From Chthonomonadales bacterium (GTDB lineage: Bacteria > Armatimonadota > Chthonomonadetes > Chthonomonadales > CAJBBX01): DNA of 23,071 nt. A model generated the notes under the pieces. That model was not told the origin of the DNA, made no database searches, and saw nothing but the letters and a program-made list of their open reading frames with translations. The first letter of the stretch is position 1. Each line of letters begins with the position of its first letter. The stretch is taken from positions 1-23,071 of the forward strand of contig JBMFSQ010000005.1 in the NCBI GenBank assembly GCA_049967475.1. Direction: 5' to 3'. Positions 9,068-17,867 of this stretch are shown here, piece after piece. A program made the position numbers and the translations under genes.

Positions 9068-9997
9068 CTACGTCAGATCTGCGTAGGTAGGAGTGGAGAG
9101 GTACCGCTCGCCCGTGTCCGGCAGAATGACGACGATGAGCTTGCCGGCATTCTCCGGCCTGGCTGCTACCTGCAGCGCAGCCCAAGCGGCCGCTCCCGAG
9201 CTGATGCCTGCGAAGATGCCCTCCTCGCGGGCGAGGCGCCGCGCCGCAGCAATCGCATCGCTGTCATCCACGGTGACGATCTCGTCAATCACGTCAACGT
9301 TCAGGATCTTGGGCACAAAGCCCGCACCGATACCCTGAATGGCATGACGGCCCTTAGGCTTTCCGGAGAGGACCGCAGAGGCCGACGGCTCCACAGCCAC
9401 ACACTTGAATTCGGGCTTGCGCGGCTTGATCACTTCGCCGATGCCGGTTATCGTGCCGCCTGTGCCCACTCCGCTTACGACGATATCCACCTGGCCTTCC
9501 GTGTCCCGCCAGATCTCCTCAGCGGTGGTGCGGCGGTGGATTTCAGGGTTCGCCGGGTTCTCGAACTGCTGTGGAATGAAGTAACGGGCGTCGGAGGCCG
9601 CCAACTGCTGCGCTTTGGCAATCGCTCCGGGCATCCCCTCGGCTCCCGGAGTCAGGACCAATTCCGCACCGAGGGCCTTGAGGAGTGCCCGGCGTTCCAG
9701 CGACATGCTGTCGGGCATCACCAACGTGCACCGGTATCCCTTCGCGGCACATACGAAGGCCAGAGCGATGCCTGTGTTGCCGCTGGTGGGTTCCAAAATG
9801 ATGGTGTCGGGCCCGATCTTGCCTTCGCGCTCGGCTGCTTCGATCATGGCAACGCCGATGCGGTCCTTCACGCTGCTGAGCGGGTTGAAATACTCCAGTT
9901 TAGCCACTACTTGGGCCTCGAGACCGGCGGTAATGCGATTGAGGCGGACGAGAGGGGTATTGCCGATCAGCTCTGTTACGTTTTGGGCGATGCGCAT
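9068..9997 (-). CDS. cysK: Cysteine synthase A (O-acetylserine sulfhydrylase)
   Basis: 309 aa. Motifs [25 protein letters not shown] (PLP Lys), [38 protein letters not shown] and [10 protein letters not shown]. Purine-rich SD (GGAAGG) upstream. Confidence 0.97.
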   Translation of the reverse strand: MRIAQNVTELIGNTPLVRLNRITAGLEAQVVAKLEYFNPLSSVKDRIGVAMIEAAEREGKIGPDTIILEPTSGNTGIALAFVCAAKGYRCTLVMPDSMSLERRALLKALGAELVLTPGAEGMPGAIAKAQQLAASDARYFIPQQFENPANPEIHRRTTAEEIWRDTEGQVDIVVSGVGTGGTITGIGEVIKPRKPEFKCVAVEPSASAVLSGKPKGRHAIQGIGAGFVPKILNVDVIDEIVTVDDSDAIAAARRLAREEGIFAGISSGAAAWAALQVAARPENAGKLIVVILPDTGERYLSTPTYADLT

Positions 9998-10062
9998 CCT
10001 ACCTTCCTTTCCGGCCGAATGGGGTACGAGTTTCAGTCCCGTGCACCCTCACCTCGGGACTG

Positions 10063-10512
10063 TCAGATGCCTGGCATGAGGCTCAGGGAGTCATCCAGCG
10101 ATTGCTTCCGGGCTGCCAGATCCTCAAGCGTGGTGCTGTCCAGGATTGCCTTCAGGCGGTTTTCCACCTCTTCCTCGTATTTGCGAATGGTGTATCCGCT
10201 TCCGGGCGAGGCGGGATCCACCTTTGCCGCGCTGCTCCCGATGAGAAGGTGCTCCCCCACCAGAGCGCGTACGACATCTCCTACCGTGATCTTGCGGGGA
10301 CTGCGCGCCAGCGCGTATCCGCCCCCAGCCCCACGGATGGAACGGACGATGCCCTGCCTCTTCAGCGCCGCCAGGATCTGGTCCAAATAAGGACCGCGGA
10401 TATCTTGAGCTGCGGCAATCTCCCGGCTCTGGCACGCCCGGTCGGCCGGCTGCAATGCGAGTTCCACAACGGCGCGGAGTGCATAATCCAGCTTTGCGCT
10501 AAACAGGGGCAT
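10063..10512 (-). CDS. Rrf2-family transcriptional regulator, CymR-like (cysteine metabolism repressor)
   Basis: Start moved to ATG 10512 (SD AGGAGG 10 nt upstream), giving 149 aa. Rrf2 motifs FSAKLDYALRA, YLDQILAALK, SIRGAGGGYALA, ITVGDVVRAL and TTLEDL. It has only one Cys, so no IscR/NsrR Cys triad. It lies directly upstream of cysK and ends in Ile. Confidence 0.9.
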   Translation of the reverse strand: MPLFSAKLDYALRAVVELALQPADRACQSREIAAAQDIRGPYLDQILAALKRQGIVRSIRGAGGGYALARSPRKITVGDVVRALVGEHLLIGSSAAKVDPASPGSGYTIRKYEEEVENRLKAILDSTTLEDLAARKQSLDDSLSLMPGI

Positions 10513-10531
10513 GACGCCATTCCCTCCTGCC

Positions 10532-10556
10532 AATCCTGACCAAACTAGTATACCTT
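10532..10556. promoter_or_regulatory. Candidate Rrf2 operator overlapping the -10 and transcription start of the Rrf2-cysK promoter
   Basis: AATCCTGACCAAACTAGTATACCTT has the YYGAC-N6-AGT spacing of the IscR type-1 box. The right half matches poorly. The position is consistent with autorepression. Confidence 0.4.
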
Positions 10557-10575
10557 TACGCACAATCCCCGTCAA
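10547..10575 (-). promoter_or_regulatory. Sigma70-type promoter for the Rrf2-cysK operon
   Basis: The minus strand reads TTGACG-N17-TATACT (-35 at 10575-10570, -10 at 10552-10547), about 35 nt upstream of the ATG. Confidence 0.8.
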
Positions 10576-10643
10576 CCCTAATGAGGCACGGGGAGGGTGT
10601 GGGAGGCCGCTATCAATGAACAGGAAGACCCACAGTCGGGCGT

Positions 10644-10672
10644 TTGACCGGTGAACACTTCTCTGCTATACT
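10644..10672 (+). promoter_or_regulatory. Sigma70-type promoter for ftsK
   Basis: TTGACC (10644-10649)-N17-TATACT (10667-10672), with a TGn extended -10. Confidence 0.8.
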
Positions 10673-10779
10673 CTGGTCGAGGCTGCAATGCGCCGAACAC
10701 CCCTCAGCACCGAGTTGTTTGTTGCAGCATCGGGTCCGAGCAACTGTACACGCGCGGAATGCAACGCAAAGGAGGCTGA

Positions 10780-13071
10780 ATGGTTCGACCTAGAAGCATG
10801 GCCGCCGGCCGCACACCACGCGGGGATACCGGCAGCCGCGTTGCAGCGGATCTTGTGGGGCTGGGCCTCTTCTTTGCCGGTGCGGCTCTCCTGGTGGGCC
10901 TCTGCTGGCCCCAACAAGCCATCGTACCTGTAGTAGCCGTGAACTTCCTGCGCCTTATGTTCGGCGCCGGCGCCTATATTCTCGCCTTCATGCTGATGTA
11001 CGCCGGCACGATGTTCCTCGTGGGCTTCCAGAGCTTCGCCGTGTCTCCGGCATCCTACGGTTCTCTCATTCTGTTTGCCGACTTCATCACGTGGCGTCAC
11101 CTCGTTGCGGTCCACGGCCCCATGCCCACCTTGGATGCCTCCGGGACTGCGCTGGTTATGAATGCGGGAGGAGTTGCAGGCGGCGAACTCGCCACCGTGG
11201 CGCTCGGTCTTCTGGGATGGTGGTGGACGTGGTTGTTCCTGGTGATGGCGGGGCTCATGGGGTTGGTGCTGGTTGCAGAGCGCCCCGTCGCCGAGATCTT
11301 GGCGGCGCTCTTCCACCGTCCTGCCCGGGCAACGGTGAAGGCAGCTCAACAGGGTCTGGCCGTCGTACGCAAACGCTCTCCAAAGAGCGTCGCCTCGGTT
11401 AAGGATGCCGCTCGTGCGATCCCATCAGGCGAAGGCTCGTCCCGTGCATCCCGCTGGTTCGGGTTCCTGCCGGTACGCCAAGACCCGGAGGCACCGGCCC
11501 AGGAAAGCGACGAACTATCTGCGAACGTTTCGCCAGGGAGCGGGGCTCCGGTGAAGTTCCGAACCAGTGCATCCTACCGCAAAGGCTCCGCGACACCGGA
11601 TCAGCGGGCCTTCCCCACGCTCCAGGCGGAGACATCCGAACAGCAGGATTTTCGCCTCCCGCCCATCTCCCTTCTAGCCGAGCCGCCGCCTCCGCCTAAG
11701 CGGACCCAGCACGAACTTGCCGAAAAGATCCGCATCCTGGAACAGACCTTGGAGCACTTCCGCATCCAAGCGAATGTAGTGGAAGTGGCCCATGGTCCTA
11801 CCGTTACACGTTATGAAATCCAACTGGCTCCGGGCATTCGGGTAGCCAAGATCGTGTCTCTAGCCGACAACCTGGCTATGGACCTTGCGGCCATAGATGT
11901 GCGCGTGGAAGCGCCCATCCCCGGAAAGTCCGCTATCGGCGTAGAGGTACCCAACTCCGTACCGACCCTGGTAACACTTCGGGAATGCCTGGACACGCCG
12001 GAATTCTGGAATGCTCCCAGCAAACTCACCTTCGCCTTGGGCCGAGACGTGTCGGGCATGGTGCGCTACGCGGATTTGGCGAAGATGCCCCACCTCCTCG
12101 TGGCAGGATCCACCAACTCGGGCAAATCCGTTTGCCTCAACGCCCTCATCGCCTCGCTGGTGTACCGGGCGGTTCCTGCAGAATTGCGCTTCATCATGAT
12201 TGACCCCAAGCGCGTGGAACTTTCACTCTGGGACGGCATCCCCCACCTGCTTCATCCTGTAGTGAAAGACATAAAACAAGCCGCCGGAATTCTCCGAGCT
12301 GCCATCAAAGAGATGGAGCGCCGCTACGACCTCTTCGCCAGGATGCAAACCCGCAACATCGAGGGTTACAACCAACGCGTGGCGCCCGACGAAAAGCTCC
12401 CCTACGTGGTCATTGTCGTGGATGAACTTGCCGATCTGATGATGCAGGCAGCGGCCGAGGTGGAGACTTCCATCTGCCGCCTTGCCCAGCTAGCCCGCGC
12501 TACGGGCATCCATCTCGTGATTGCGACCCAGCGCCCCTCTGTAGACGTGATCACCGGCCTCATCAAGGCAAACATTTCGTCCCGCATCGCCTTCGCCGTG
12601 TCTTCCCACGTGGATAGCCGCACCATCCTGGACATGAACGGCGCCGAACGCCTCATAGGGCGGGGCGATATGCTCTTCCTGCCCATAGACGCCGCCAAAC
12701 CCACACGCATCCAGGGCTGCTTCTTATCCGAAGCCGAAACGAATGCCCTCGTGGCCTATCTGCGCGATCAGGAAGCGCCGGTCTACTCCATGGAACCTGT
12801 GGATCTCGAAGAAGGGCGGTCTTGGGGCGACACGGGAGAGGACCCGGTGGATGACGAGCTCTTTGAACGGGCCGTGCGGCTCGTGGTCACGACCGGCCAG
12901 GCCTCGACCTCCATGCTGCAGCGCCGCTTCAAGATCGGATACACGAGGGCAGCCCGCATCGTGGATGTGATGGAGGAGCGCGGCATCGTGGGTCCGCCCG
13001 ACGGCGCCAAACCGCGGGAGGTTCTCGTGACACGGTCTCAGGTTGACGAAATGTTCCGCCTGGGTGATTGA
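10780..13071 (+). CDS. ftsK: DNA translocase FtsK/SpoIIIE
   Basis: 763 aa, SD AGGAGG. N-terminal TM helices and linker, then GPTVTRYEI, RVEAPIPGKSAIGVEVPN, Walker A AGSTNSGKS, IDPKRVEL, Walker B VVDELADL, ATQRPSVDVITG and GAERLIGRGDML. C-terminal gamma domain ASTSMLQRRFKIGYTRAARIVD. Confidence 0.97.
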   Translation: MVRPRSMAAGRTPRGDTGSRVAADLVGLGLFFAGAALLVGLCWPQQAIVPVVAVNFLRLMFGAGAYILAFMLMYAGTMFLVGFQSFAVSPASYGSLILFADFITWRHLVAVHGPMPTLDASGTALVMNAGGVAGGELATVALGLLGWWWTWLFLVMAGLMGLVLVAERPVAEILAALFHRPARATVKAAQQGLAVVRKRSPKSVASVKDAARAIPSGEGSSRASRWFGFLPVRQDPEAPAQESDELSANVSPGSGAPVKFRTSASYRKGSATPDQRAFPTLQAETSEQQDFRLPPISLLAEPPPPPKRTQHELAEKIRILEQTLEHFRIQANVVEVAHGPTVTRYEIQLAPGIRVAKIVSLADNLAMDLAAIDVRVEAPIPGKSAIGVEVPNSVPTLVTLRECLDTPEFWNAPSKLTFALGRDVSGMVRYADLAKMPHLLVAGSTNSGKSVCLNALIASLVYRAVPAELRFIMIDPKRVELSLWDGIPHLLHPVVKDIKQAAGILRAAIKEMERRYDLFARMQTRNIEGYNQRVAPDEKLPYVVIVVDELADLMMQAAAEVETSICRLAQLARATGIHLVIATQRPSVDVITGLIKANISSRIAFAVSSHVDSRTILDMNGAERLIGRGDMLFLPIDAAKPTRIQGCFLSEAETNALVAYLRDQEAPVYSMEPVDLEEGRSWGDTGEDPVDDELFERAVRLVVTTGQASTSMLQRRFKIGYTRAARIVDVMEERGIVGPPDGAKPREVLVTRSQVDEMFRLGD

Positions 13072-13245
13072 CCGTCCGGTTTGCCGCCGGCGCGTTCAGC
13101 CTGGGGATGGGTCCATTTCACGGAAGCTCCCGTACTCCAATCCGTTGCGCGGGAGGGCACGACCCGACGGCGTTCCAGCGCTACGCAGGATTTCTGCTTC
13201 GCCGCCGAGAAACAGTTACTAATCCACCCGGGAGACGTGGCCACC

Positions 13246-14052
13246 ATGAACCACAGCGAGGATTGGGATGTCATCTGGCGCTGGCAATGGTTCCGGCGAG
13301 CCCTCTGGCAGCCCTACTTCCGCGACCCATCCCATCCTGAAGGGCGCCCAGCCCGATCCACCCCGATCTGGGCCGCCGCCCTCCAGCAGTTCGGAGCCCA
13401 CCGCGTTCTGGATTGCCAATGCGGCCTCGGCCTGCGAACCATCCTGCTGAAAGAAGCAGGCTTCGACGTTGTGGGCACGGATGCCAGCGGCGTAGCCATC
13501 GAACATGCCAGGGAACTGGCAGCCGCCTGGGACCTGCAAATCCCCTTCTACCATTGCACCTGGCAATGCCTGGGAGAACAGTTTGCCGGCGAATTCGATG
13601 CCATCGTCAACGACGCCTTCGCCTGGACGCTCACCCGCACTGAGCTCCGATTTGCCGCCCACAACTTCGCGACGGTGCTCAAACCAGGCGGCGTGCACAT
13701 CTTCACCGGCGCTGACCAATGGTCCAGCCCGGCAGACCGGGCGGCCCTTGTGGAACATGCGTGGCAAACAGCGCCAAGGTTTCAGATCCGCAACTTCTTC
13801 GAGCAAGGCGACACGAGTATGGTGCTGGTCGTCGCTCGAGATCGGCTCGAGTTCGGCGTCGTGGAGAACTACCTTTTCGTGATCCGGGATGCATCCGGTC
13901 CCCGTTTGGAAACAGCCGCTATCTGCAATTCGCTGGCGTGGACGTGGGAAGATTACGTGTCCGTATGCCGCGAGGCAGGCTTCAGCAAAGTGGAAAGTAT
14001 CCGCATCCCGGGGGGTCGGCGAGAGCACATCTTCAACGTCGCCACGAAATAA
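13246..14052 (+). CDS. Class I SAM-dependent methyltransferase (glycine/sarcosine N-methyltransferase-like motifs)
   Basis: Likely start ATG 13246 (GGGAG upstream); the frame is open back to 13081. Motif I RVLDCQCGLG, motif II VVGTDAS, FDAIV and LKPGG. Substrate unknown. Confidence 0.8.
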   Translation: MNHSEDWDVIWRWQWFRRALWQPYFRDPSHPEGRPARSTPIWAAALQQFGAHRVLDCQCGLGLRTILLKEAGFDVVGTDASGVAIEHARELAAAWDLQIPFYHCTWQCLGEQFAGEFDAIVNDAFAWTLTRTELRFAAHNFATVLKPGGVHIFTGADQWSSPADRAALVEHAWQTAPRFQIRNFFEQGDTSMVLVVARDRLEFGVVENYLFVIRDASGPRLETAAICNSLAWTWEDYVSVCREAGFSKVESIRIPGGRREHIFNVATK

Positions 14053-14071
14053 CCCTTCCGAGGTATGTCCC

Positions 14072-14977
14072 ATGGTTCTGCCCGCACTGGCGCCGGAACA
14101 AGCCAACTTTTTCGCCAAGAATGGCTTCCTCGTCCTCCCGCACGTCCTGACGACGCAAGAACTGGTCCGGCTTCAAGAGGCCACGGCAGATCTCATCGCT
14201 CATGCTTCGCCCGAAGCCGGCCCCGACTACCTCTACGGCACAGCGCACAAAGGCGGCCGCCCGGTTCTGCGCCGCATCGAGTATGTGGTGGATAAGTGCC
14301 CCGAGTGCCGCGTCCTGTTGGGGCACCCGTTCATCCTTCGCGTTGTTCAGCAGCTCATAGGCTCTGATTTCATCCCCACCTGGGACTCGATGGTGATCAA
14401 ACTCCCGTATGAGGGCATCGCAGTGCCGTGGCATCGAGACGCCGGCACAGACTGCGTGGGCGACACCCCAATCTTCAATGTGGACTTCTACCTGGATGAA
14501 GCCGATGAGGATACTTGCGTGTGGGCAATTCCGGGAAGCCACACCTGGCCCAGCGATAGGGTAGAAGAATTCCTAGCCCAACACCATGAGGCGGACCGCC
14601 ATCCGAAGGATTTCCGCAATGCCGGCGCGATCCCTATCTTCATGCAGCCCGGCGACGTTCTGTTGCACAATATCCTCGTTCTTCATGGGTCACCGCACAA
14701 CAGTTCTCCATCTCTGCGCCGCGTCCTTTATTATGAGTTCCGGGCCGCCCACGTGGAAGAACGCCTCGGACCGCATGTACCTGCGTATATCCCCCTCAAG
14801 CAGCGGGTCCTCCTTCGATGCATCGAACTGCGCAGCCGCGCGCATTACGTTCCGAGTGATGAAGCCCGCTTCGAATACCAACCTCCTGCCCCGTACGGCG
14901 TGCACACTTGGCATGCAGACGAAGACCCGCCCACGTTCCGGTACGCCCATGAGGAATACTGGCGTTCTAAGCAATGA
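14072..14977 (+). CDS. Phytanoyl-CoA dioxygenase (PhyH)-family Fe(II)/2-oxoglutarate dioxygenase
   Basis: ATG 14072 with SD GAGGT. FFAKNGFLVLPHVL, PWHRD (HxD), YLDEA, IPGSH, MQPGDVLLH, LHGSPHN (third ligand His) and RR (2OG-binding Arg). Confidence 0.9.
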   Translation: MVLPALAPEQANFFAKNGFLVLPHVLTTQELVRLQEATADLIAHASPEAGPDYLYGTAHKGGRPVLRRIEYVVDKCPECRVLLGHPFILRVVQQLIGSDFIPTWDSMVIKLPYEGIAVPWHRDAGTDCVGDTPIFNVDFYLDEADEDTCVWAIPGSHTWPSDRVEEFLAQHHEADRHPKDFRNAGAIPIFMQPGDVLLHNILVLHGSPHNSSPSLRRVLYYEFRAAHVEERLGPHVPAYIPLKQRVLLRCIELRSRAHYVPSDEARFEYQPPAPYGVHTWHADEDPPTFRYAHEEYWRSKQ

Positions 14978-16359
14978 AGTGGAGTTTGCCCGCCACAATC
15001 CCGTGCACCCCGTGGCGCGCCGGTAGAGCGCTCTTTTGCATTCGCCGCCGCGGACGTGCCGGAACTCTTCTTCGCGCCGGCTTGCTCGCGTTGCTTGTTC
15101 TATTCCGGGCTCCCTGCGCCGGCGCCGCACAGCAAGACGCCGCGGGTCACGATCCCTCCCTTTCTCTCCGCATATTGCCGAACGGCCTTCGCGTGCTCAT
15201 TCGCGAACACCACGCAGTGCCGCTGGTGGCCATAGACTTGTGGATCCGCGCCGGATCCTCGTCGGAGACGGAAGAGGAGCATGGAGCCGCTCACTTTTTG
15301 GAGCACCTCATCTTCAAGGGGACGCCCACCCGCAAGCCCGGGGAGATAGATACCGCCTTTGAAGACCTCGGCGCCACCCTCTCGGCAGGAACCACCCGCG
15401 ACGCTGCCCATTTCTATGCAACGGTGTCCTCGGCACACGTGGCAGATGCCCTGCCCGTGCTGGCTGACGCCATCATGCATCCTCTGCTGGATCCCCAAGA
15501 AGTCGAACGCGAACGGGGTGTTATCCTGGACGAGCTTGCACGATCCAGCAACGACGTGAGAAAGGAAGTCCTGGATCGCCTCTTTGCCACCCTCTTTCCC
15601 GGCACTCCCTACGCCAGCCCGGTGTTGGGTACTCCTCAGGCCATTCGGACGGTAACGCGGGCAGCCATTCTCCGCTTCTACGGCCGATGGTACCACCCCA
15701 ACAACGCCACCCTTGTGTTCTGCGGCGACATCACCCCGGACGCTGCCGAGGCGCTCGCTGCGAAGTGCTTCGGATCGTGGAAGCAGATGGAGGTGCCCGC
15801 CTTGCCCGCCGTTACCGCCCAGCCTCGCAGCCAGGCGGTCTCGGCCCAATCCTCCAACGCGCCGGCAATCGCGGCCCTCGGCTTCCCGTGTCCGCCTGCA
15901 ACCGACGTTGAAAGCGCAGCCGCCATGGAGATCTTTGCCAGGGCGGCGACCCTGCACCAAGGGTTGGACCGCTTCCCCGGCCAAGCTTCTGCTATCAACG
16001 TGACCTTCATATCTCTCCGCCAGGCATCCCTGTTGGCTTTGGACGCCCCGCCCGAAGGCAGCAGAGGGCTGCCCGCACTGTGGGACTGGCTTAGGAGTTG
16101 CATAGACAAGATGACGGATGAGGATGTCGAGACGGCGCGCCGCGAACTGTTGGGGGAGTACCTGTATCAGATCGAAACAGAAGGAGGAATGGCGGCGGCC
16201 CTGGGTCGGTTCGACACGCTGGGCGATTACCGCCAATTGGCGCGTTACACCGAAAAGCTGCAAACGATCCCTCCTACCGAAGTGCGCGCCGCTGCCCGAC
16301 GCTTGCTGACGCCCGCCCGTGCCGTACAAATCGTGATGGAACCGCCATCCAAACCTTGA
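14974..16359 (+). CDS. M16 (pitrilysin/insulinase) family Zn peptidase, catalytic subunit, with signal peptide
   Basis: ATGA overlap with the dioxygenase stop. LPNGLRVL, GAAHFLEHLIFKGT (intact HxxEH), ERERGVILDE (third Zn ligand) and WYHPNNATLV. Arg-rich n-region followed by hydrophobic h-region and AGA cleavage-like site. Confidence 0.92.
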   Translation: MKWSLPATIPCTPWRAGRALFCIRRRGRAGTLLRAGLLALLVLFRAPCAGAAQQDAAGHDPSLSLRILPNGLRVLIREHHAVPLVAIDLWIRAGSSSETEEEHGAAHFLEHLIFKGTPTRKPGEIDTAFEDLGATLSAGTTRDAAHFYATVSSAHVADALPVLADAIMHPLLDPQEVERERGVILDELARSSNDVRKEVLDRLFATLFPGTPYASPVLGTPQAIRTVTRAAILRFYGRWYHPNNATLVFCGDITPDAAEALAAKCFGSWKQMEVPALPAVTAQPRSQAVSAQSSNAPAIAALGFPCPPATDVESAAAMEIFARAATLHQGLDRFPGQASAINVTFISLRQASLLALDAPPEGSRGLPALWDWLRSCIDKMTDEDVETARRELLGEYLYQIETEGGMAAALGRFDTLGDYRQLARYTEKLQTIPPTEVRAAARRLLTPARAVQIVMEPPSKP

Positions 16360-16425
16360 CGTGCACAGCGGCACCCTGCACGGCGTTTTCCTCCAAACAG
16401 AACAGTACGGGAAGGACTGAAGGAA

Positions 16426-17802
16426 TTGGCGAGAGGCTGCCCAACGTCGCAAGCACTCTATCTTTTGATTGCCGCGGCGGTCTGCGCTCTCATGCTTGCC
16501 GCGCGGTGCTCCGCGGAGGTCACTTCGTTCATCGGCCCCCATGGAGTGCGCGTGGTGGTGGCGCCTGACGCCGAGAGTAGTTTCGTGGCGATCTGCGTGA
16601 TGGTGAGGGCGGGCATCGCAGAAGAGGGGAACGCACCAGGGGTCGGCAGCGTAACAGCACAAGCCTTGTTTGGACGGAACCTCAATCTCTCGGCAGAAGA
16701 GGTTCAGCGCATCATCTATGACGTAGGCGGCAGCCTCCAAACAACCTGGACACCGGATTACACCCGCATCCTTTGCGTCACGAGCCCGGCCGGCTTTGAG
16801 GACGCCTTCTATTTGGTATGCCAAGCTCTCAAGAATGCGGAATTTGACGCTCCCACAGTGCAGCGTGCGCTCCAGGTGGTGAGGACCGCCGTCGAACGCC
16901 AATCCCGCGATCCCTTCGAAGCAGCCTATGCGGCAGCCCGTGAAGCTACGTATCCCGACAGCGTCTACCGGCAACCCTTCGGGGGTACGGTGGCGGGCCT
17001 TCGCCGCGTTACCACAGAAGCCATCCGAACATACTTCCGCCGCTGGTACACTCCCGGCCGCACCACTGTGGCGGTAGCCGGCAACATCACACCGGAACGC
17101 GTGCGCCAAGCAGTGGAAGACCAGTTGGTGGATTACGACCGCCCCGACGTGCCCCAAACCCCAAGGCACCCAGCCTCGGCGCCGTCACAGCAGGTGGCAC
17201 CGATTGTGCGCTCGGTCCAGGCCCACACCGCTTTGGTATTAGCGTGCTGCCCTGCGCCCGGAGTGACGGATGCCGACTATCCCGCTGCTGCAGTGCTCAC
17301 GGCCATCCTGGGCGGAGGCAAGAGTTCCCGCATCTTCCGGTCCGTGAGAGACACGGCTGCAATCGGCTATGCGGTGGGTGCATCCATTCCACCCCTCGAG
17401 CGCCACAGCTTCATCCTTGCCTTCGTAGAGTTCGACCCAAAGCGGGAAGACATCCGGGGTACGCCTCTCTCCCCGGCCGAAGTGCAAAAGCGCATCCGCG
17501 ACACCGTGGCATCTCTCCTCGACCGTCCGCCTACGCAGGATGAGCTGGAACGCGCGAAGCGTTACCTAACAGGGACCTACGCGCTCAAACACGAGAGGCT
17601 TAGCGACAGAGCGTTCTACCTTGCCTGGTACGAATTGCTTGGGCTGGGATGGCACTTCGACACGGACTATCCATACCGCATCCAGGCGGTCACCCTTGAG
17701 GACGTAGAGCGGGTGGCGCGCAAATACCTTCAAAACCCCATTTTTGCAACGGCAGTACCCGTGGGCACGCGCCTGGATGCGGGAGCCGGCGCGAGCCCAT
17801 AA
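16426..17802 (+). CDS. M16 family peptidase, non-catalytic partner subunit, with signal peptide
   Basis: TTG start with AAGGA upstream (start uncertain). HxxEH is replaced by SVTAQ. WYTPGRTTVAVAGNI, ILGGGKSSRIFRSVRD...GY (R/Y pair), ELERAK and VTLEDVERVARKYL. Confidence 0.88.
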   Translation: MARGCPTSQALYLLIAAAVCALMLAARCSAEVTSFIGPHGVRVVVAPDAESSFVAICVMVRAGIAEEGNAPGVGSVTAQALFGRNLNLSAEEVQRIIYDVGGSLQTTWTPDYTRILCVTSPAGFEDAFYLVCQALKNAEFDAPTVQRALQVVRTAVERQSRDPFEAAYAAAREATYPDSVYRQPFGGTVAGLRRVTTEAIRTYFRRWYTPGRTTVAVAGNITPERVRQAVEDQLVDYDRPDVPQTPRHPASAPSQQVAPIVRSVQAHTALVLACCPAPGVTDADYPAAAVLTAILGGGKSSRIFRSVRDTAAIGYAVGASIPPLERHSFILAFVEFDPKREDIRGTPLSPAEVQKRIRDTVASLLDRPPTQDELERAKRYLTGTYALKHERLSDRAFYLAWYELLGLGWHFDTDYPYRIQAVTLEDVERVARKYLQNPIFATAVPVGTRLDAGAGASP

Positions 17803-17867
17803 AGTGCGGAAGGGCACCAACCCAGGGGCGGCGCAAGTCGGCTTAACCATCCCAACGGCCCGCGCGC

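Noticed and set aside
9023..10390. 455-aa plus-strand ORF
   Set aside because: Antisense shadow of cysK and the Rrf2 gene.
10513..10575. N-terminal extension of the Rrf2 ORF from TTG 10575
   Set aside because: That TTG is the -35 element of the promoter. The SD and family alignment support ATG 10512.
13068..13340. Short ORFs between ftsK and the methyltransferase as a RiPP precursor
   Set aside because: No SD, they overlap the neighbouring genes, and they show no leader/core pattern.
15100..17169. 689-aa minus-strand ORF
   Set aside because: It is antisense to two well-supported M16 genes that share the same frame and has no recognisable motifs. This is a typical shadow ORF of GC-rich codon usage.
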